Of a stretch of 64,000 nt of DNA, positions 19,035-30,590 are shown piece after piece (positions within the stretch are counted from its first letter, which is position 1; every line of letters starts with the position of its first letter). Below the pieces are notes generated by a model that was given only the letters and a program-made list of their open reading frames with translations, ran no database searches and was not told the origin of the DNA. The translations under genes and the position numbers were made by a program. Origin of the DNA: Candidatus Daviesbacteria bacterium (GTDB taxonomy: Bacteria; Patescibacteriota; Microgenomatia; Daviesbacterales; UBA10151); assembly GCA_028687915.1 (NCBI GenBank), contig JAQTZF010000001.1, forward strand, positions 216,229 through 280,228, read 5' to 3'.

Positions 19035-21311
19035 ATGAGTTTTTTAGATAAATTAACTGCCAAACTTCCATTTAATAAACCATCCGAACAAACAGAGTAT
19101 TTCTTTGCTGTAAGTATTGGTTCCTCTGAAGTTACTTCAACAGTCTGGGGTTTATATGGTAAACAAATTGATATCTTAGGTCAAAAAACCCTGAGCTATT
19201 CTGGTACAGAAGATTTAATTGAAAAAACTCATCAAGCCTTAGATGATTCTTTAGGTGCTCTTGATTTAGAACCTGAAAAAGTTCTTTTTGGCGTGCCAGA
19301 ATCATGGAGTATGGATGATAATTTAAAAGAACCCTACCTAAAACTTTTAAGTAAGATGCTTAAAGAATATGATCTTTCCCCAATGGCTTATGTAACTACT
19401 ACCAACTCTTTATCCTTTTTACTACAAAAACAAGAAGGAGCTCCTCCTACTGCAATCCTACTAGGTTTAGGTGAGTTTGTGGAAATAACTTTGGTAAAAG
19501 GTGGAAAAATTTTGGGTACTAAATCTAGTAAACGAACAGATATTTTATTTGAAGATATTGAAAGGGTATTACAACAATTTACAGAGGTGGAGGTTTTACC
19601 TTCCAAGATATTACTTTACTCCACTAAGGCAGGACAAAATCTATCCCGATTACACGGTGACTTAATGTCTTTTCCGTGGATGGCCAAGTTATCTTTTCTT
19701 CATTTTCCTAAAATTGAAATATTGGCAGATGATATTTTATATCAGTCAGTTATTTTTGCAGGAGCATCTGAACTTTATCCTGAAATAGATTTAAAACATA
19801 ATTTCTCTCTTTATCAGCCAGTTACACCTTCTTTTGAAGAAAGATCATCTCATGTGAGAGGATTTCATGCCATGAATCAGGAAGTTGATAAAGTAGAAGA
19901 TTTAGGATTTGTTAAGGGTGATATTAGACAAAAACTAGAAGAGCAAGAGGATATAATTAGTGCTACACCACGAAAATTAAAAAAATTCCTATCTAGAGAA
20001 ATTGATAATTTGGAGGATAATTTAGGAACTGATAATTTAATTTTTCCTAATGAAGTTTCAAGGGTTAATAAATCTGTAACAGGTATATTTAATCCTATTA
20101 CAGCTAAATTATCGTCATTATTTACAAAAATGAATATTCCTAAAAACTTATCATTTAAAAATTCGATATTTGGAAAATTATTAATTGCAGCTATTATTAT
20201 TGGAGTTATTGTAGGTTTATATGTTTTTCTTTCTAAAGCTACTGTTAATATTTTGGTTGAACCAAAGCTTCTAACTAAAGAAACTCAGGTAGTTGCAGAT
20301 CCAAAAGTAAAACAGATTGATGAGGCAAATAAAATTATTCCTGGAACAATTGTAGAAACTTCCCAAACTGGCACAGACAAAGGAGTAGCTACTGGTTCAA
20401 AACAAATTGGTGATCCTGCCAAAGGAAAAGTAGTAATCCGTAATAAAACTGATGCTGCAATTAATGTGGCCAAGGGCACAACTTTAACTTCTGGCTCAGG
20501 TTTAAAATTTACTTTGGATCAAAGTGTGTCTATTGCATCTCAATCTTCTACTTTAACTCCTGATGGTCAAACCACTACCTGGGGGAAATCAGAACCTGTA
20601 GGGGTAACAGCTGTAGCTATTGGTCCAGAAAGTAACTTAACAGGAGGAACAGAGATGAATGTGGGAAATTATTCTAAAGATCAATTAATTTCCAGTGTTG
20701 ATTCAGCTTTATCTGGTGGTACATCTAAAACAGTTACTGTGGTAACTGCTGATGATCAAAAAACTTTACAGGCCAGGTTAACAGATACCTTACGCCAAAA
20801 GGCTGTTGCTGATTTACAGTCCCAATCTAAAAATGGACAAAAAGTAATCACTGATGCTTTAGCAGTAGTTGATGGAAAATATAGTTTTAGTAAACAAGCC
20901 AATGATGCTGCATCAGACTTTACCTTAAATGCTACCATTCGTTTCCGTGGTACTTCTTATCTTGATGCAGATTTACGTACAATTGTCTCAAAACTAGTGG
21001 TAACTGATATTCCATCAAATTATCAGATGAGTTTACAGGATGCTCAAACTCAGGCAGAAGTAGCAAAAATAGAAAAAGATGGAAGGTTAGTTTTTAATGC
21101 TAAATTTATTGCTAAATTATTGCCAAACTTAAGTTTGGATGAAATAAGAAATCAAATTAAAGGAAAAAGTACGGGAGACGCTGAGAATAAATTAAAAGGA
21201 ATGGAAAATGTAATAGGCTCAGAAATTATATTATCACCTGCTTTGCCTGGACCTTTAGGCAGATTACCACTCTTAGATAAAAATATTACTATCACTATTT
21301 CTCCTAAATGA
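19035..21311 (+). CDS. Actin-fold (ASKHA; PilM/FtsA-like) ATPase domain fused to a single transmembrane helix and a large Ser/Thr/Gly-rich extracytoplasmic domain (758 aa)
   Basis: N-terminal YFFAVSIGSSEVTSTVWGL (phosphate-1-like) and later AILLGLGEFVEITLVKGGKIL (DIGGGTT-like), typical of FtsA/PilM. Transmembrane segment LLIAAIIIGVIVGLYVFL near residue 385. Downstream domain is rich in T/S/G/V. Confidence 0.5.
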   Translation: MSFLDKLTAKLPFNKPSEQTEYFFAVSIGSSEVTSTVWGLYGKQIDILGQKTLSYSGTEDLIEKTHQALDDSLGALDLEPEKVLFGVPESWSMDDNLKEPYLKLLSKMLKEYDLSPMAYVTTTNSLSFLLQKQEGAPPTAILLGLGEFVEITLVKGGKILGTKSSKRTDILFEDIERVLQQFTEVEVLPSKILLYSTKAGQNLSRLHGDLMSFPWMAKLSFLHFPKIEILADDILYQSVIFAGASELYPEIDLKHNFSLYQPVTPSFEERSSHVRGFHAMNQEVDKVEDLGFVKGDIRQKLEEQEDIISATPRKLKKFLSREIDNLEDNLGTDNLIFPNEVSRVNKSVTGIFNPITAKLSSLFTKMNIPKNLSFKNSIFGKLLIAAIIIGVIVGLYVFLSKATVNILVEPKLLTKETQVVADPKVKQIDEANKIIPGTIVETSQTGTDKGVATGSKQIGDPAKGKVVIRNKTDAAINVAKGTTLTSGSGLKFTLDQSVSIASQSSTLTPDGQTTTWGKSEPVGVTAVAIGPESNLTGGTEMNVGNYSKDQLISSVDSALSGGTSKTVTVVTADDQKTLQARLTDTLRQKAVADLQSQSKNGQKVITDALAVVDGKYSFSKQANDAASDFTLNATIRFRGTSYLDADLRTIVSKLVVTDIPSNYQMSLQDAQTQAEVAKIEKDGRLVFNAKFIAKLLPNLSLDEIRNQIKGKSTGDAENKLKGMENVIGSEIILSPALPGPLGRLPLLDKNITITISPK

Positions 21312-21383
21312 TATAAACTAATTTAACTCGTCCACTAGCGGCGGACTCGTTAAATATTTTGAACCCAAAATTATGATTAAAAG

Positions 21384-21413
21384 TTGTGTAAATTAGCGCA
21401 TTTTGGGTATAAT
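21384..21413 (+). promoter_or_regulatory. Sigma70-like promoter for ruvX-mltG (TTGTGT-N18-TATAAT)
   Basis: TTGTGT at 21384-21389 and TATAAT at 21408-21413, immediately upstream of the ruvX ATG at 21420. The ORF-track start at 21384 is a TTG inside this promoter. Confidence 0.4.
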
Positions 21414-21419
21414 CATCAG

Positions 21420-21800
21420 ATGAGATATTTAGGTGTTGATTGGGGTCTTAAAAAAATTGGTATTGCTGTTTCAGAAGGAGAGTTAGCTACTCCTTTAAAA
21501 ACTCTGAATGTTAAAAGTTTAGATGATGCTATAGCTCAAGTGGTGGAATGTGTGGAGGATGAGATTGCTGATTTGATTATTTTAGGTCAGCCTGAAGGAG
21601 AAATGGGGGAGATTGTTAAAAAAGTGGCTAAGAGGCTTAAAGGCGAAGGCTTTGATGTAAAATTGACTGATGAGACATTATCTACCCAAGATGCAAAGAG
21701 TCTTTTGATTGAAATGGGATTAGGAAAAAAAGACCGCAAAGAGGATAATGCTACCGCTGCTGCCATAATCTTACAAAGATATCTGGATGAGAAACATTAA
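21420..21800 (+). CDS. ruvX: Putative pre-16S rRNA nuclease / Holliday-junction resolvase-like YqgF (RuvX)
   Basis: MRYLGVDWGLKKIGIAVSEGELATPL… is the typical YqgF N-terminus. Confidence 0.8.
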   Translation: MRYLGVDWGLKKIGIAVSEGELATPLKTLNVKSLDDAIAQVVECVEDEIADLIILGQPEGEMGEIVKKVAKRLKGEGFDVKLTDETLSTQDAKSLLIEMGLGKKDRKEDNATAAAIILQRYLDEKH

Positions 21801-22563
21801 TTTTCGATTCATTGCTTTAGTTGTTTTTCTATTTTGTGTTTTTTTAACATTTAAAGGCTATAAAGCATATAAAGCTTCTTTAATAACTCCAACTCCTACA
21901 CCAACTGTTGAAACTCAAAAGAAAGTTACCTTGCTTGAGGGTTGGAGAGTAGAAGAGATGGCTGAGAAATTAAATAAAGAATTGGGTATTAAGAATGAAG
22001 ATTTCTTGAAAATTGCCAAAGAAGGTTATATGTTTCCTGATACATATTTTTTTGATCAGGATGCATCTGCTTCTGCTGTTGCCAGTAAACTGAGAGCTAC
22101 TTTTGATTTAAAGTACGACGCTGATTTACAAACAAAAATAAAGAATGCAGGACTTACTCCCAGCGAAGGTGTTATTCTAGCTTCAATTGTAGAAAGAGAA
22201 GCAAGGTCTAGTGAAGCAAGAAGAATGGTTGCATCAATTTTACTTAAAAGATTAAGAATAGATATGGGCTTAAATGTGGATGCCAGTATTCAATATGCCT
22301 TAGGTTATCAAACACAGGAAAAATCATGGTGGAAAAGACATTTAACTAAGAATGATTTAAAAGTTAACTCACCATATAACAGTTATATTCATGCAGGTTT
22401 ACCCCCAACTCCAATCTGTAATCCATCATTATCATCTCTTGAAGCAGTGGCAAATGCCGATTTAAAAACTCCTTATCTTTACTACTCCCATGATCTAGAA
22501 GGAGTTCCACATTATGCCAAAACTCTGGAAGAGCATAATCAAAACGTAGCTAATTACTTATAA
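21787..22563 (+). CDS. mltG: Endolytic murein transglycosylase MltG (YceG-like)
   Basis: N-terminal transmembrane segment, YceG-like fold motifs (…GLPPTPICNPSLSSLEAV…). Frequently follows ruvX. Confidence 0.8.
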   Translation: MRNINFRFIALVVFLFCVFLTFKGYKAYKASLITPTPTPTVETQKKVTLLEGWRVEEMAEKLNKELGIKNEDFLKIAKEGYMFPDTYFFDQDASASAVASKLRATFDLKYDADLQTKIKNAGLTPSEGVILASIVEREARSSEARRMVASILLKRLRIDMGLNVDASIQYALGYQTQEKSWWKRHLTKNDLKVNSPYNSYIHAGLPPTPICNPSLSSLEAVANADLKTPYLYYSHDLEGVPHYAKTLEEHNQNVANYL

Positions 22564-22564
22564 G

Positions 22565-22762
22565 TTATTTTTTAATTATTCTAGGATAAAGATAAATTAA
22601 AACCCCAACTGCAATTAAACCAATTCCCCATTTAATAGGGTGAAGCCCAAATAATAGATTGGCAAGTAATGCTCCTATACCTATACCAACAATTAAATTT
22701 GCTATACAACAAGTGGAAGTTTTATCGCAACACATAATATTTTTTGTAGCTTTTTTAGCCAT
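22565..22762 (-). CDS. Hypothetical small membrane protein (65 aa, Cys-rich N-terminus)
   Basis: Hydrophobic ORF convergent with mltG. Weak support. Confidence 0.25.
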   Translation of the reverse strand: MAKKATKNIMCCDKTSTCCIANLIVGIGIGALLANLLFGLHPIKWGIGLIAVGVLIYLYPRIIKK

Positions 22763-22842
22763 ATATTTTCACCCCCTCGATTTAAGTATTAAGTATTATG
22801 TACTAAGTATCAAGGGTCAAAAATGTACACTAAACCTCACTG

Positions 22843-22871
22843 TTGACAGAGAGGAGAGTTTGTGGTTAAAT
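22843..22871 (+). promoter_or_regulatory. Sigma70-like promoter for rpoB (TTGACA-N17-TTAAAT with a TG extended -10)
   Basis: TTGACA at 22843-22848, 17-nt spacer ending in TGG, TTAAAT at 22866-22871. About 105 nt upstream of the rpoB ATG. Confidence 0.45.
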
Positions 22872-22898
22872 TACCCTCAGCCAAAGAGTTTTTAAGAG

Positions 22899-22926
22899 GC
22901 ATACTTGCTATGTATGCTTCTTTTTC
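22899..22926 (+). terminator. Hairpin plus U-tract in the rpoB 5' leader (candidate attenuator)
   Basis: GCATAC/GTATGC stem (22899-22904 / 22912-22917), loop TTGCTAT, then TTCTTTTTCG. Confidence 0.35.
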
Positions 22927-22975
22927 GTTGTAGTCCCATTAAAGGAACTATAGGTCTTAAGGAAACCATCTACTG

Positions 22976-25900
22976 ATGCCAAAACAAGTTGATAAACAAG
23001 TAAATAAAAGCTCCCGTACATACTGGGGCAGCCGAAAGAATTTCAACCAACAGTTTGATTTAACGTACCTCCAAAAAGAATCCTATGCTTGGTTTATGGA
23101 ACAAGGTATTGGTGAGATCTTACATTCAGTTAATCCAGTCCTCGATTTTACCGGTAAAAATTGGAAACTTACCTTTGAAGAATATACTTTAGGTAAACCA
23201 CGATACACCCCTGATGAAGCAAATCTGAAGGGGGTTTCTTTTGATGCACCTCTTCGTGTTAAAGTAACCTTGATTAATTTACAAACTAACGAAGAATACA
23301 AACAAGAGGTTTTCTTGGGAGATATTCCTCAAATGACAGATAAAGGAACCTTTATTGTCAATGGAATAGAAAGAGCAGTTGTTAACCAAATCGTCCGTTC
23401 ACCGGGCGTTTTCTTTTCTTCTTCACAAGATCCAATTACCGGAAAGATTTTATATTCAGCAGAACTTAGACCAGCTCACGGATCCTGGTTAGAATTTTCA
23501 ATCTCCAGATCAGATGTTTTGACAGTAAAAATAGACAGACGTAGAAAATTTGCAGCTTCTACTTTCCTTAGAGCAATTGGTTATTCTGAAGATGATCAAA
23601 TCAGAGAACTTTTTGCTGATATTGAGTTACCAGAAGATCGTAATTTTATTGCCTCAACTTTAGGAAAAGATACTACAACAAATACAGATGAAGCCTTGCT
23701 TGAAATCTATCGAAAAATGCGTCCTGGTGATCCAGTTGTTTTGGATAATGCTAAAGCATTACTTTCTGGAATGTTCTTTAACAGCAGACGTTATGATTTA
23801 ACCAGAGTTGGTCGATTTAAGATCAATAAAAAGTTAAAACTTGATATTCCAAACACTCCGGAAAATTGGATTTTGAAGAATGAAGATATTATTGCTACTA
23901 TTCGTTATTTAATTAATTTACAAATGGGACAGGGTAAAGTTGATGATATTGATCATTTGGCTAACCGACGTGTCAGACGTGTGGGAGAGCTTGTTGCTCA
24001 GAATGCTTTTTGGGTAGGACTTTTACGACTTGAGCGAGTGATTAAAGAAAGAATGAGTTTGCTTTCTGCTGAAATGGAAATTAATCCAGGATCTTTGGTT
24101 AATGCCAGACCTATTATTGCAGCAGTAAATGAATTTTTCCGTTCTTCCCAACTTTCTCAGATTTTAGACCAAACTAATCCTTTATCTGAAGTTGATCATT
24201 TAAGAAGATTAACTGTTACAGGACAAGGTGGTATAACCCGCGAAAGAGCTTCTTTCTCTATTCGTGATATTAACCATTCCCAATACGGAAGAATTGATCC
24301 GATCAGATCTCCGGAAGGACCTAATATTGGTTTAGTTACATATTTAGCCCTTTATTCAAGAATTAATGAATATGGATTTTTAGAAACTCCTTATAAAAAA
24401 GTAGTCTTAGAAAAAGGCAAACCCAGAGTTACAGATGAAGTGGTTTACTTGTCAGCTGAAGATGAAGAGGAATTCTATATTACTGAAGCAACTGCTAAAT
24501 TAGATGAACAAGGATTTATTACTTCAGAACGTGTGCCAGTTAGACATAACGGTAGCTTTTTTGAAACTGAAGCTAATGTAATTAATTATATTGATGTTTC
24601 ACCTCAACAAATTGTGGGTATTTCTGCGTCCCTTATTCCGTTCTTAGCTCATGATGATGCTAACCGAGCCTTGATGGGTTCACACATGCAGAATCAGGCA
24701 GTCCCATTATTACTTCCAACAGCTCCTGTTGTAGGAACTGGTATGGAGGTTGTAGTTGCAGATAATATGTCCCGGGTACAAAGAGCCCCATATGATGGAA
24801 CTATTACTTATGTTGATGGAGAAAAATTAACCATCACAGGTAAGCATGAATCTAACACTTATTTAATTAAAAAGTTTGTTAATACACCAGAAAATACCTG
24901 TTATTCACAAAGACCTGCAGTTTCAATCGGTCAAAAAGTACAAGAAGGTGACTTATTATTAGAAGGAACAGCAACTGATGGTGGAGAATTATCATTGGGA
25001 AGAAACCTATTAATTGCCTACATGAACTATGAAGGTTTAGGTTATGAGGATGCTATTGTTATTTCTGAAAAATTGGTTAAACAAGATGCACTTTCTTCAA
25101 TTTATATTGAAGAATATATTACAGATGTTGTAGAAACAAAGCTTGGGCCAGATGAATTAACACGAGATATTCCAAATGTTGCTGAAGAAAATTTAGCTAA
25201 TCTTGATGAAACCGGTATTGTTCAAATTGGAGCTAAAGTTGGACCAAATGATATTTTAGTAGGAAAAGTACAGCCAAAAGGTGAAACAGAATTAACTGCA
25301 GAAGAAAGATTATTACGAGCAATCTTTGGAGAAAAAGCTAAAGAAGTTCGAGATACTTCACTTCGAATGCCTCATGGTGAACGTGGAACTGTTATTGGAG
25401 TTCAGATTTTATCCCGAGAAAACGGTGATGAACTAGACGCTGGAACTCTGCAAAAGATTAAAGTAAAAATTGCTCAACTCCGAAAAGTTACTGTTGGAGA
25501 TAAGTTAGCTGGTCGTCACGGAAATAAAGGTGTTATTTCCAGAATAGTTCCAGAAGTTGACATGCCTCATCTTCCTGATGGTACCCCAGTTGATATTATT
25601 ATTTCTCCAGTGACCATCCTTTCCCGTATGAACTTGGGACAATTATTGGAAGCTCACCTAGGTTTAGCTGCTACCAGATTAGGTATAAAAGTAGCTGCTC
25701 CAGTTTTTGAAAAGATTCCAGAATCAATTATTTTAGACATGCTTGAAAAAGCAGGCATTCCTGAAACAGGTAAAATGAAGCTAATTGATGGTCGAACCGG
25801 TGAATACTTTGATCAGGATGTAGTGGTTGGAATGGCATATTTCCTTAAACTTATTCACATGGTTGAAGATAAACAACATGCTCGTTCAACTGGTCCATAT

Positions 25901-26455
25901 TCTATGGTTACACAACAACCTTTGGGTGGTAAAGCTCAAATGGGAGGACAAAGACTTGGAGAAATGGAAGTTTGGGCACTTGAAGCTTATGGTGCAGCAC
26001 ATATTTTACAGGAAATGTTAACTATTAAATCTGATGATGTAGTAGGCAGAACCAGAGCTTACCAAGCAATTATTCAGGGAGAAGATATTCCACAAGCTTT
26101 GATTCCTGAATCATTTAAAGTGCTTGTTAAAGAATTACAGTCATTGGGTATTAATGTAGAAACAGTTAATCCAAAATTAGGTGTATTAGAGTTGGATGTA
26201 GAAGTTAAACCAGAAGAAGCAGTCAGAACAGCTGAAATGCAGGAAGCAATGGGTGCAGAACCTTTGGGTGAATTATCAGAATTACTTACAGAAGATTCTC
26301 CTATGGAAGTAATCGATGCGGTTGACTTAAAAGAAGAAGTAGGCGAAAATGTACCATCAGGATCAGAAATGTTGGCTGAACTCGTTGCGCCTACAGAAGA
26401 AGAACCTGAAGAAGCAGAATTGAAAGAAGTAGAGGAAGAGGAGGAAAAAGAATAA
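22976..26455 (+). CDS. rpoB: DNA-directed RNA polymerase subunit beta
   Basis: 1159 aa with conserved beta motifs (…GDKLAGRHGNKGVIS…, …NLGQLLEAHLG…). Confidence 0.97.
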   Translation: MPKQVDKQVNKSSRTYWGSRKNFNQQFDLTYLQKESYAWFMEQGIGEILHSVNPVLDFTGKNWKLTFEEYTLGKPRYTPDEANLKGVSFDAPLRVKVTLINLQTNEEYKQEVFLGDIPQMTDKGTFIVNGIERAVVNQIVRSPGVFFSSSQDPITGKILYSAELRPAHGSWLEFSISRSDVLTVKIDRRRKFAASTFLRAIGYSEDDQIRELFADIELPEDRNFIASTLGKDTTTNTDEALLEIYRKMRPGDPVVLDNAKALLSGMFFNSRRYDLTRVGRFKINKKLKLDIPNTPENWILKNEDIIATIRYLINLQMGQGKVDDIDHLANRRVRRVGELVAQNAFWVGLLRLERVIKERMSLLSAEMEINPGSLVNARPIIAAVNEFFRSSQLSQILDQTNPLSEVDHLRRLTVTGQGGITRERASFSIRDINHSQYGRIDPIRSPEGPNIGLVTYLALYSRINEYGFLETPYKKVVLEKGKPRVTDEVVYLSAEDEEEFYITEATAKLDEQGFITSERVPVRHNGSFFETEANVINYIDVSPQQIVGISASLIPFLAHDDANRALMGSHMQNQAVPLLLPTAPVVGTGMEVVVADNMSRVQRAPYDGTITYVDGEKLTITGKHESNTYLIKKFVNTPENTCYSQRPAVSIGQKVQEGDLLLEGTATDGGELSLGRNLLIAYMNYEGLGYEDAIVISEKLVKQDALSSIYIEEYITDVVETKLGPDELTRDIPNVAEENLANLDETGIVQIGAKVGPNDILVGKVQPKGETELTAEERLLRAIFGEKAKEVRDTSLRMPHGERGTVIGVQILSRENGDELDAGTLQKIKVKIAQLRKVTVGDKLAGRHGNKGVISRIVPEVDMPHLPDGTPVDIIISPVTILSRMNLGQLLEAHLGLAATRLGIKVAAPVFEKIPESIILDMLEKAGIPETGKMKLIDGRTGEYFDQDVVVGMAYFLKLIHMVEDKQHARSTGPYSMVTQQPLGGKAQMGGQRLGEMEVWALEAYGAAHILQEMLTIKSDDVVGRTRAYQAIIQGEDIPQALIPESFKVLVKELQSLGINVETVNPKLGVLELDVEVKPEEAVRTAEMQEAMGAEPLGELSELLTEDSPMEVIDAVDLKEEVGENVPSGSEMLAELVAPTEEEPEEAELKEVEEEEEKE

Positions 26456-26456
26456 T

Positions 26457-29400
26457 ATGAACAACGACTTGTTAGATTTTGAAAGTTTAAAAGTAACTAT
26501 TGCCAGCCCGGAACAAATTAAGGCATGGTCTTTTGGGGAAGTCACAAAACCAGAAACTATCAATTACAGAACACTTAAACCTGAAAAAGATGGTTTATTT
26601 GCTGAAAATATCTTTGGTCCAACCAAAGATTATGAATGTTATTGTGGAAAATACAAAAGAATCAGATACAGAGGTGTTATTTGTGATAAATGTGGTGTTG
26701 AAGTTACTCAAAGCAAAGTTAGACGTGAAAGAATGGGTCATATTACCCTCGCTGCAGCTGTTGCTCATAATTGGTTTGTTAAAGGTGCTCCTTCTAAATT
26801 ATCTTTGGTATTAGATCTTTCCTTAAAAAGCTTGGAAGCAGTTATCTATTTTGCTTCATATTTAGTTACAGATATTGATGTTCCTCTTAAAGAGAAATCA
26901 ATGGAAAAATTAGAAAAAGATTTGGAAGCCAAAAAAGCAGAAGCTCAGGATATCTTTGATAAAGCAGTGGTAAATTTGGAATTTGAACTCAAAAAACAAG
27001 TATCTGAACTCAAAAAAGGTAAGGGAGAAGGCACAGAACTCGTAGCAGAAGACATGGGTCTAAAAACAAAACAAGAAATTCAAAAAATGCGTGATAATTT
27101 AGCAGTTGGTTTTGGACAACTGGAGCAAATCTATAAAGCAGTATCAGATTTAGTTAAAAGCATTAATTTCATGAGAGTAATGTCTGAAGATGAATATCTA
27201 AAACTTGATGAATATGGTGTATCTGATTTCCTTACCGTTGGTATGGGAGCAGAAGGATTACTTGAAGTATTAAAGAAAATTGATATGGATAAGTTATCCG
27301 CAGACTTAAAAGAAGAAGTTCGAAAAACTACTGGTCAAAGACATATTAAAGCTACAAAAAGACTTCGTGTTGTTGAAGGCATGAGAGCTGCTGATGTTGC
27401 TCCAGAATATATGGTTATGAGAATATTACCAGTTATTCCACCAGATCTTCGACCTATGGTTCAACTTCCTGGAGGAAGATTTGCTACTTCTGATTTGAAT
27501 GATTTATACAGAAGAGTTATCAACCGAAATAATCGTTTGAAAAGATTAATTGATCTAGGTGCTCCAGAAATTATTTTAAGAAACGAAAAAAGAATGTTAC
27601 AAGAAGCAGTTGATGCTCTTATTGATTCTAACTTAAAGACAACCAGACGTGGAGCAGGAACAGGCCACGTACTCAGATCATTATCTGACATGCTTCGTGG
27701 AAAACAAGGAAGATTTAGACAAAACCTCTTAGGAAAAAGAGTTGATTATTCCGGACGTTCAGTTATTGTTGTTGGTCCACATTTGAAATTAAACCAAGTT
27801 GGTTTACCAAGAGAAATGGCTTTGGAAATGTTCAAACCATTTGTTCTTCGAGAAGTAATTGGTCGTGGACTAGCTGCAAATATTAAAGGAGCTAAAAATA
27901 TTTTGGAACTTCGAACAGCTGAAGTTTGGGATATTTTAGAGGGTGTAGTACAAGGTCACCCAGTTTTGATTAACCGTGCTCCAACTTTACACAGACTTGG
28001 TATTCAGGCTTTTTATCCAGTTCTAATTGATGGTAGTGCTATTCAAATCCATCCTTGTGTTTGTGCTGGATTTAATGCTGATTTTGATGGTGACCAAATG
28101 GCTATTCACGTCCCATTAAGCAAGAGAGCAAGAGATGAAGCAGAAAACTTAATGTTAGCCAGAGAAAATATTTTGAGACCAGCTTCTGGCACTCCTGTAA
28201 CAGCACCAAACCGGGAGATGGGTCTTGGATCTTATTATGCAACTACTGTTGATGACAAGATTGAACCAATTACAGATCGAGTTTTTTCTCCAAATGAAGC
28301 TATTTTAGCTTTTCAAGTTGGAAAAGTAGGACTTCGACAACAGATTTTAGTTCGTTTTGAAGATGGTACTCAACTTGAAACAAGTGTTGGAAGAGTAATG
28401 TTTAATGAATTATTACCTCTAAACCAAAGATTTATTAACAGCGCTGTAGGAGTAAAAGATTTGCAAGATATTACTATGAAAGCTTTTAGTGTCAAAGAAA
28501 CTAGTGAAGAAGTAGCAGTCTTAATTGATAATTTGAAAGATTTTGGTTTCTGGGGTTCAGGTTTATCTGGATTATCTTTAGGAGTGTTTGATAATACTAT
28601 TATTCCAGAAAAAGATAAAATGATTGCAGATGGAGATAAAGAAGTTTCTGAAGTTGATGGAAATTTCAAAAAAGGTTTGATCACTAATGATGAAAAGAGA
28701 GTCTTAACTGAAGAAATTTGGACCAGAATTGGTGATGATATTGCAAAAAAGACACTTGGATCACTTACTCCAGATAATCCTGTAAGTATTATTATGAAAT
28801 CCGGTGGAGCCAGAGCTACACCAGAACAAATCAAACAACTTTCTGGTATGAGAGGTTTTTCCGTCGATCCAACCGGTAAAATTGTTGAACTTCCAACTAA
28901 ATCTAACTATCGCCAAGGTTTGGCTGTGTTTGAATACTTCACATCTTCCCGAGGTGCTAGAAAAGGTGTGGCTGACCGTGCTATCAAGACAGCTGATGCA
29001 GGTTACTTAACCAGAAGATTAGTTGATGTTGCTCATGATGTCATTATCCGAACAGAAGATTGTGGTGATGAACACGGTTTGGTACTTCCGGTATCCAGTG
29101 AAGGATTTTCAGTTGGTGTATCACGATTCTTAGGCAGGCATGTTGCTACTAAGATAGTTGATCCAAAAACTAAAAAAGTTATTGCTGAGGCTGGTGAATA
29201 CTTGGATGAGGATAAAATTAAACAAATTGTTGATGCAAATGTTGCTGAAATTAATGTTTACTCTCCTCTTTCCTGTAAAGCTAAATATGGAGTTTGTGGA
29301 AAATGTTATGGTTGGGACTTCACAACTCGCAAGCCAGTGGCAATTGGTGTACCAGTCGGTGTTGTAGCTGCACAAAGTATTGGAGAACCAGGAACTCAGC

Positions 29401-30155
29401 TTACCATGAGAACATTCCACAGTGGAGGTGTTGCAACAGGTGTTGATATTACCATGGGTCTTCCTCGTGTGGAAGAATTATTTGAGGCAAGAACACCAAA
29501 GAATATTGCACCATTATCTGAAATTGCCGGAAAAGTAACTATCACAGAAACAGACATGGGTATAAAGGTAAGAATCAGAACCAGTGCCAAGCCTGTAGAA
29601 GAAAGAGAATACTTAATTCCAGCTTCAGCAAACTTGTTAGTAGAAGATAACCAATTAATTTCTGCAGGTACACAACTAGCATCTGGTCACTGTGATATTA
29701 AAGAAATTGTCAGAGTAAAAGGTCTAAAAGAAGCTCAAAGATATATTGTTGATGCTGTAAGACAAGTATATTCATCTCAGGGTGTACCTATTAATGAAAA
29801 ACATTTTGAAGTTATTGTTCGAAAAATGTCTGACAAAGTCAGAGTTGAAAGCCAGGGAGATACAGCATTATTACCAGGTGAAGTTATTGACCGACTTAAA
29901 TTTGAAGAGGAAAACCAAAGAGTACTTGCAGAAGGTGGAGATCCATCAACAGCTTCTATCGTAATCTTGGGTATTACCAGAGCATCATTATTAACAGAAA
30001 GCTTCTTATCAGCTGCTTCCTTCCAGGAAACAACTACAGTATTAGCTGATGCAGCTGCACAAGGAAAGAAAGATCGCTTGTTTGGCCTCAAGGAAAACGT
30101 TATAATAGGGCGGTTAATCCCAACCAACCCTGAACGGGCTAGAGTGGAAAGATAA
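26457..30155 (+). CDS. rpoC: DNA-directed RNA polymerase subunit beta'
   Basis: 1232 aa. Zn-binding CxxC…Cxx[10 protein letters not shown] catalytic motif. Directly follows rpoB. Confidence 0.97.
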   Translation: MNNDLLDFESLKVTIASPEQIKAWSFGEVTKPETINYRTLKPEKDGLFAENIFGPTKDYECYCGKYKRIRYRGVICDKCGVEVTQSKVRRERMGHITLAAAVAHNWFVKGAPSKLSLVLDLSLKSLEAVIYFASYLVTDIDVPLKEKSMEKLEKDLEAKKAEAQDIFDKAVVNLEFELKKQVSELKKGKGEGTELVAEDMGLKTKQEIQKMRDNLAVGFGQLEQIYKAVSDLVKSINFMRVMSEDEYLKLDEYGVSDFLTVGMGAEGLLEVLKKIDMDKLSADLKEEVRKTTGQRHIKATKRLRVVEGMRAADVAPEYMVMRILPVIPPDLRPMVQLPGGRFATSDLNDLYRRVINRNNRLKRLIDLGAPEIILRNEKRMLQEAVDALIDSNLKTTRRGAGTGHVLRSLSDMLRGKQGRFRQNLLGKRVDYSGRSVIVVGPHLKLNQVGLPREMALEMFKPFVLREVIGRGLAANIKGAKNILELRTAEVWDILEGVVQGHPVLINRAPTLHRLGIQAFYPVLIDGSAIQIHPCVCAGFNADFDGDQMAIHVPLSKRARDEAENLMLARENILRPASGTPVTAPNREMGLGSYYATTVDDKIEPITDRVFSPNEAILAFQVGKVGLRQQILVRFEDGTQLETSVGRVMFNELLPLNQRFINSAVGVKDLQDITMKAFSVKETSEEVAVLIDNLKDFGFWGSGLSGLSLGVFDNTIIPEKDKMIADGDKEVSEVDGNFKKGLITNDEKRVLTEEIWTRIGDDIAKKTLGSLTPDNPVSIIMKSGGARATPEQIKQLSGMRGFSVDPTGKIVELPTKSNYRQGLAVFEYFTSSRGARKGVADRAIKTADAGYLTRRLVDVAHDVIIRTEDCGDEHGLVLPVSSEGFSVGVSRFLGRHVATKIVDPKTKKVIAEAGEYLDEDKIKQIVDANVAEINVYSPLSCKAKYGVCGKCYGWDFTTRKPVAIGVPVGVVAAQSIGEPGTQLTMRTFHSGGVATGVDITMGLPRVEELFEARTPKNIAPLSEIAGKVTITETDMGIKVRIRTSAKPVEEREYLIPASANLLVEDNQLISAGTQLASGHCDIKEIVRVKGLKEAQRYIVDAVRQVYSSQGVPINEKHFEVIVRKMSDKVRVESQGDTALLPGEVIDRLKFEEENQRVLAEGGDPSTASIVILGITRASLLTESFLSAASFQETTTVLADAAAQGKKDRLFGLKENVIIGRLIPTNPERARVER

Positions 30156-30159
30156 AAGT

Positions 30160-30585
30160 ATGCCTACAATAAACCAGCTAGTAAGACACGGTCGAAAGAC
30201 TACTACCAAAAAGATTAAGGCAACTGCGCTAAGACGTAGCTTTAATTCCAATGAGCGAAAATATAGTACTTCCTTTAATCCTCAAAAAAGAGGTGTGGTT
30301 ACAGTTGTTAAAACTATGACTCCTAAAAAACCAAATTCAGCACTTCGTAAAGTTGCCAGGGTAAGACTTTCTAATAAAACAGAAGTTACTGCTTATATTC
30401 AGGGAGTAGGGCATGATTTAGCAGAACATGGTATAGTACTCGTTCGTGGTGGTAGGGTTAAAGATTTACCAGGTGTAAAATATCACATCATCAGAGGTAA
30501 ACTAGATATGGGTGGCGTACAAAAAAGAATGACAAGCAGATCAAAATATGGAGCTAAAAAACCAGGAGGAGCTAAAGCAGCTTAA
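30160..30585 (+). CDS. rpsL: 30S ribosomal protein S12
   Basis: [13 protein letters not shown]…[17 protein letters not shown]…. Confidence 0.96.
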   Translation: MPTINQLVRHGRKTTTKKIKATALRRSFNSNERKYSTSFNPQKRGVVTVVKTMTPKKPNSALRKVARVRLSNKTEVTAYIQGVGHDLAEHGIVLVRGGRVKDLPGVKYHIIRGKLDMGGVQKRMTSRSKYGAKKPGGAKAA

Positions 30586-30590
30586 TTAAT

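Noticed and set aside
26500-30127. Several + and - ORFs (104, 76, 154, 96, 69, 64, 116, 60 aa) within rpoC
   Set aside because: All overlap the beta' reading frame; low-complexity or unbroken by chance in AT-rich sequence.
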